Below are positions 60,191-64,000 of a stretch of 64,000 bases of DNA, in pieces; the first letter of the stretch is position 1, and each line of letters starts with the position of its first letter. The DNA comes from Eukaryota sp. GEM-RC1. Lineage: Eukaryota. The position numbers were made by a program, and so were the translations under genes. The stretch lies in NCBI GenBank assembly GCA_040285855.1, contig JAUFOQ010000001.1, positions 3,038,001 to 3,102,000 of the forward strand, read 5' to 3'. Below the pieces are notes generated by a model. It was not told the DNA's origin, made no database searches, and worked only from the letters and a program-made list of their open reading frames with translations.

Positions 60191-61442
60191 TACAAAAACA
60201 CTAAAAGGGGGAAAATTTTGATACTGTTTTATATACCATATTTAAATATTTATTGATATATATATTGTTTTGATTATATTTTGAAAAAGTATTTATTATG
60301 TAATAAAAAATACATTATTTTATTTAAATATTTTTTCCCGGCCCCTGGGTTAGGTAGTGTTAATGTAAGATCGTTATAAAGTCAATTCTGAAAATACATT
60401 TTGGAATTTCATGATCGAAATTAAAGCACTATCAGCTGTTCTGTCATGAATTGAATCAGTTCAGTCATAATTGAAGCGGCATCAGTTTCCTTAGTGCTTA
60501 TAAGACCAGAATTAAAATTAAGTTGGTCTGCCACGTATTGTTGATGAAAAGTGTTTACAACTGGGATACCATCATGGTTCTGAAGGCTCAAGTGAGCTAT
60601 CATTGCCACGACTTTCTCACAACTCATATTCTGTTGACAATCGTCATCGTTTGAAGTGGAAAACTTGAAACCATTCATGTTTTCACCCGTACAAGGGACA
60701 TTTGTGAAAACTGTTCATACTGTTCTGCATAAAGACCATCCAGAAGGAAACTATGACTTAGATACTGATGAGTCAGTTCATGGTTTTGATACTTATTTGC
60801 TTTTAGTTTTTGATGATTCCATAATATAAATAATTTCGCGTATTTCGAAGTTTTAAGGTCTTGTCCGCCAAATATAATACAAACCAAATATAAAAGAATC
60901 CTAGGATCATCTAAATTGACCGTTTTGTACCGTAGTTTCGTTAGATATGTGTTTGTGTCTCGTGGAAATTGGCATTTTTGACGTGATTGATTCAATTTAT
61001 TAGCCCAAATTAGATTATGTTGTCTGCGATTATGTCTAACTGTATTAACCATACACTTGGCGTATATTTTGTGTAGTATTGCATAGTATTTCCTGATAGT
61101 GTACAATTGAGACTGGCTAACAATTGTTAATTTCTCACAAATTAAAGTAAATCTTTAATGAGATGTTGCTGCTTTTAGCATTACATTTCATAATGCTCTG
61201 ACTTGAACATTGACTGATGCGAAATCCTCATTTAGTCGTATTTCCAGAGAATCATTCGAATCAATGGAATTCTGTCACAACTCTAGGGTAATATTGTTGG
61301 AGATCTACATCATCGATGGTACAGGAGCTTTGGTGGGGCACAATATATATTTGAATTTTTACAACTATCCTGGCTATAACCAGAAAGATTTGGATCCGGA
61401 CATAAATTTCTGCAAACAATTTTTGAAACAAAGTCTCATTCA

Positions 61443-63208
61443 ATGACTTCTAACCAAATCTCCCCTGCTTCTCTCTGCATCAAGCTCTTCGAAACCTCAG
61501 TGAAACATGATTTTTCTGTAAGCTTCAACGATCTCCAAATCCCATGCCATTCCGTCGTCCTCGTTCAGTTCTCTGAATTTTTCCATAATCTATTCACTCT
61601 CAACTTGTCAGATGACCAGGAAACCCAAGATTTCTCCTCTCTCAAAGTCTCCGCATATTCTTTTCGCTCCTTCTTCTCATATCTCTACGCTCAGCCGGTA
61701 GAGATTACGCTTGAGAATCTCTATGAGTTCTACGTTCTTTCTCGATACTTTATGGTTGAAGATTTCAAGACTACTTGTCTTGAATTGTTAACTACCTTTT
61801 CTAATTCTACTGATTCTTTCCTTTTTCTCGTTAAACAATCAAATCAATGTCAAGATCAAGAATTTTTAGAGCATGTGTTGGCCTTTTTCAATTCTGATTT
61901 CGAAACAATACCTGACAGTTTTCCTCTTTGTTTTGAGTATTTGTTGCTTTTTGGTGAAGAATTTGAATTTAAAAATCAAGTTATTTGGTTATTGAATTGT
62001 TTAATGAAATCTATTACCCACCAACAAATTGATGATGAACAGTTTGATTCCTTTTTAAGTATTCTGAAGGTCGAGACTCTTACTGGCCATGAATTATTTC
62101 AATATCTGATTCAACCTGTCATTGAAAATTCAATTTTTCAGGCATCAATTGTCAAGTTTTCGTTGGATTGTTTTTCGAATGATTCAAGCATTTCAAATTT
62201 TCCACTGAACTGGGTTCTGACAGTGTTAGAAATACTGAATCGTGAAAAATCATCTGAAGTATTTGAAATTATTCCACTTGTTTCCCAGTTTCAAGATTTC
62301 TCTCATCAACTACTTCTTTTCTAAATCCAAAAGTATTACTTGAAATGATTAGGAAATCTTCAAGTAACCGAAACTTTTTAATATTTTGCCTTCAAAATCT
62401 GATTGACTGCTGGTCGTCTGGAAAAGGAAGTTCTTGGCAATCAAATGACGTCAAAGATTGTCTTGAGTCAATCAATTTGTCGTTATTGACTGGGTCTGAA
62501 ATACAATCGTTGATTCTTTCTCCTCTGGGAGATGACGACGAGTTGGTTTTAATTATTTCCAAAATGACCAATAAGGTAATTGTTCCTGGTTTAGTTGCTG
62601 GTTTTGAACTTGAAAAGGAACAGTGGAGAAATGAAATGAAAAACTTACTTTTCCAAATAGAGGAATTGAACAGTGAAGTTGAGATACTGCGTCCTATGAA
62701 ACAGAAAGTAGTAGATGAAGAGAATGAAAGACGAAGAATTGAACTCAGTAAGAATTTATTCAACTCTAATAGTTGTGGACCACAACTTTCCTTATCAAAT
62801 AACAATTCTGTTGTTAAAAAGAATGGTGTTAGTGGTATGGACAATAGTTTTGTAGAAGTTAATATTACAGGAAATTGTTCTGTTATATTTACAAGGTTGG
62901 ATAATCTTCATGGAGATGGTAAGACTGATTTTATTGGTTGGAAAAATAGAAGTAGTCTTCAGCATAATTCTGGTCCGAGTCCTTATATTTGTCCTAGAGG
63001 TTCTGGCCATGGATCTTTCTCCCCTTCAAATCCAAGTTTCCCTACAATTACCAAAGGAGAATCAATTACTGTTAGTTTTTCTAATGGTAAAGCTCACTTC
63101 AAACCTTCTACTTGTACAAATACCTTTACTATTGATATTCCTAGTTATTTGGTTTTTGGAATGTTAGTTTATGGTCAAAATCATGTATGGAAAGTGGAAC
63201 GTGTTTGA
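61443..63208 (+). CDS. BTB/POZ protein, close paralog of 32246-34051 (one frameshift at ~62320)
   Basis: Nearly collinear with the paralog. The break falls in a T-run (CTTCTTTTCTAA) where the paralog reads LLSLNPK. Confidence 0.85.
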
Positions 63209-63565
63209 TTGATATTGTGTTCAATTAAGACAATTTTTGTTAACAGTAACAGAAAAATCAAGGATCTTTCATAATTGATTGCAGAAATGACGTTCAGGAA
63301 TCACAGTCATCAATCTATCACTATCAGCTTCAAACGATGTAACGTGACACCACTGTATATTTTTTAAATCTGTTACTTTTATAAAAACATCAGTTTTAAA
63401 CCAATTACTTCAATTTGATAGGATATTCAAAGACGTGCATAATTAACATGATTCTGACCATCATCTCTAATTAAATTAGCATTATTTCTCAAAAAACAGA
63501 TAACCTGTGAACTTTATGAATATTGTGGTTCAAAAGAACAAAAAACTGACACAATTTAAATTTAA

Positions 63566-64000
63566 CTACGAAATTGGAGAATTTTCAACTGTAGAAACAA
63601 TTTCATCTGTACCATTAATAACCATTGGTAACTCATCAAAATAAACCTTAAATTCTTTTACAACTAATTTACTCTGAACCAAAGTCCAATCTTTACTCTT
63701 CAATTGTTTCTTAGGTGCAGGTAAAACTCCCAAAGGAGCAACTTTAGAACCTACTGCCACGTCATCATTGATATAAATAGGTACAGTGACTTCTGAAGAA
63801 TTCTTGGCGCAGAGTAACATTCCTTGAGATTTATGACCGGCCATTAAAGCTTCACGTAGATTAACAACACATAAAACTTTCTTTCCAATCAAATCTGATG
63901 GAGAGACGTGATGAGCTATTCCAGACACAATCGACCTCACGTCATCTTTTCCGAAATCAATAGTCTCGAGCATAAGTTTATCAGAGTTTTCAGCTGGTTG
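63566..64000 (-). CDS. tRNA-binding OB-fold (EMAP II/Arc1p/MetRS-C type) C-terminal domain; 5'-partial
   Basis: 'NSDKL..ETIDFG...RSIVSGI...VLCVVNL..ALMAGHKSQGMLLCA'. Confidence 0.9.
   Translation of the reverse strand, partial: QPAENSDKLMLETIDFGKDDVRSIVSGIAHHVSPSDLIGKKVLCVVNLREALMAGHKSQGMLLCAKNSSEVTVPIYINDDVAVGSKVAPLGVLPAPKKQLKSKDWTLVQSKLVVKEFKVYFDELPMVINGTDEIVSTVENSPIS

Larger units (their letters stand above)
51704..60347 (+). mobile_element. hAT DNA transposon (deletion derivative) hosting nested retroelements
   Basis: TIR CAGGGG(T/C)CGGGAAAAAATAT (19/20). 8-bp TSD GGTTAGGT at 51696-703 and 60348-55. Confidence 0.92.

Noticed and set aside
60356..61106. Crypton-like tyrosine recombinase remnant interrupted by the hAT (continuing at ~51300-51695)
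   Set aside because: Only vague resemblance ('FRLGTVRRLY...W'). The catalytic R-H-R-Y set cannot be shown.
3804..63208. Programmed frameshifting or RNA editing as the cause of many split ORFs
   Set aside because: The breaks I examined fall mostly in homopolymers (e.g. ~6862, ~62320) with no shared motif. They also occur in a gypsy with identical LTRs. Long-read indel errors are more parsimonious.
1..64000. Alternative genetic code
   Set aside because: Intact conserved genes end in TAA, TAG or TGA and have no in-frame stops.

Overview
Gene-dense, AT-rich nuclear DNA from a eukaryotic microbe. It uses the standard code, has very short intergenic spacers, and has rare, ultra-short GT-AG introns (28-34 nt) with the branch-point motif fixed next to the 3' splice site. 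The intron style and the expanded LRR/BTB families suggest a metamonad-like protist, but this is inference only. Housekeeping genes: a ubiquitin-specific protease C-terminus, a condensin CAP-G/Cnd3-like protein, a WD40 protein, a TauE/SafE transporter, a divergent TBP-like factor, RRP15, two CREST/ceramidase paralogs, MTR4, a ZFP36/TTP-type zinc-finger protein, a PHO80-like cyclin and a tRNA-binding OB-fold. These are mixed with a lineage-specific LRR family, BTB proteins and many transposons. The transposons include three hAT elements with 8-bp TSDs, TA-flanked MITEs, IS630/Tc1 and DDE_1 remnants, CRE-like RLE non-LTR fragments, and a triple nest (hAT > CRE-like LINE > chromodomain gypsy). 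Most notable: (1) an apparent single-nucleotide exon (C6616) between back-to-back 28- and 30-nt introns in the TauE gene, which rebuilds a conserved Pro codon from three exons; (2) a very compact gypsy element with identical 76-bp LTRs, gag starting inside the 5' LTR and no adjacent tRNA PBS; (3) a TRF2/TBPL1-like TBP paralog. Many single-base frameshifts look like long-read homopolymer errors. All family calls come from motif recognition by eye, with no database searches.
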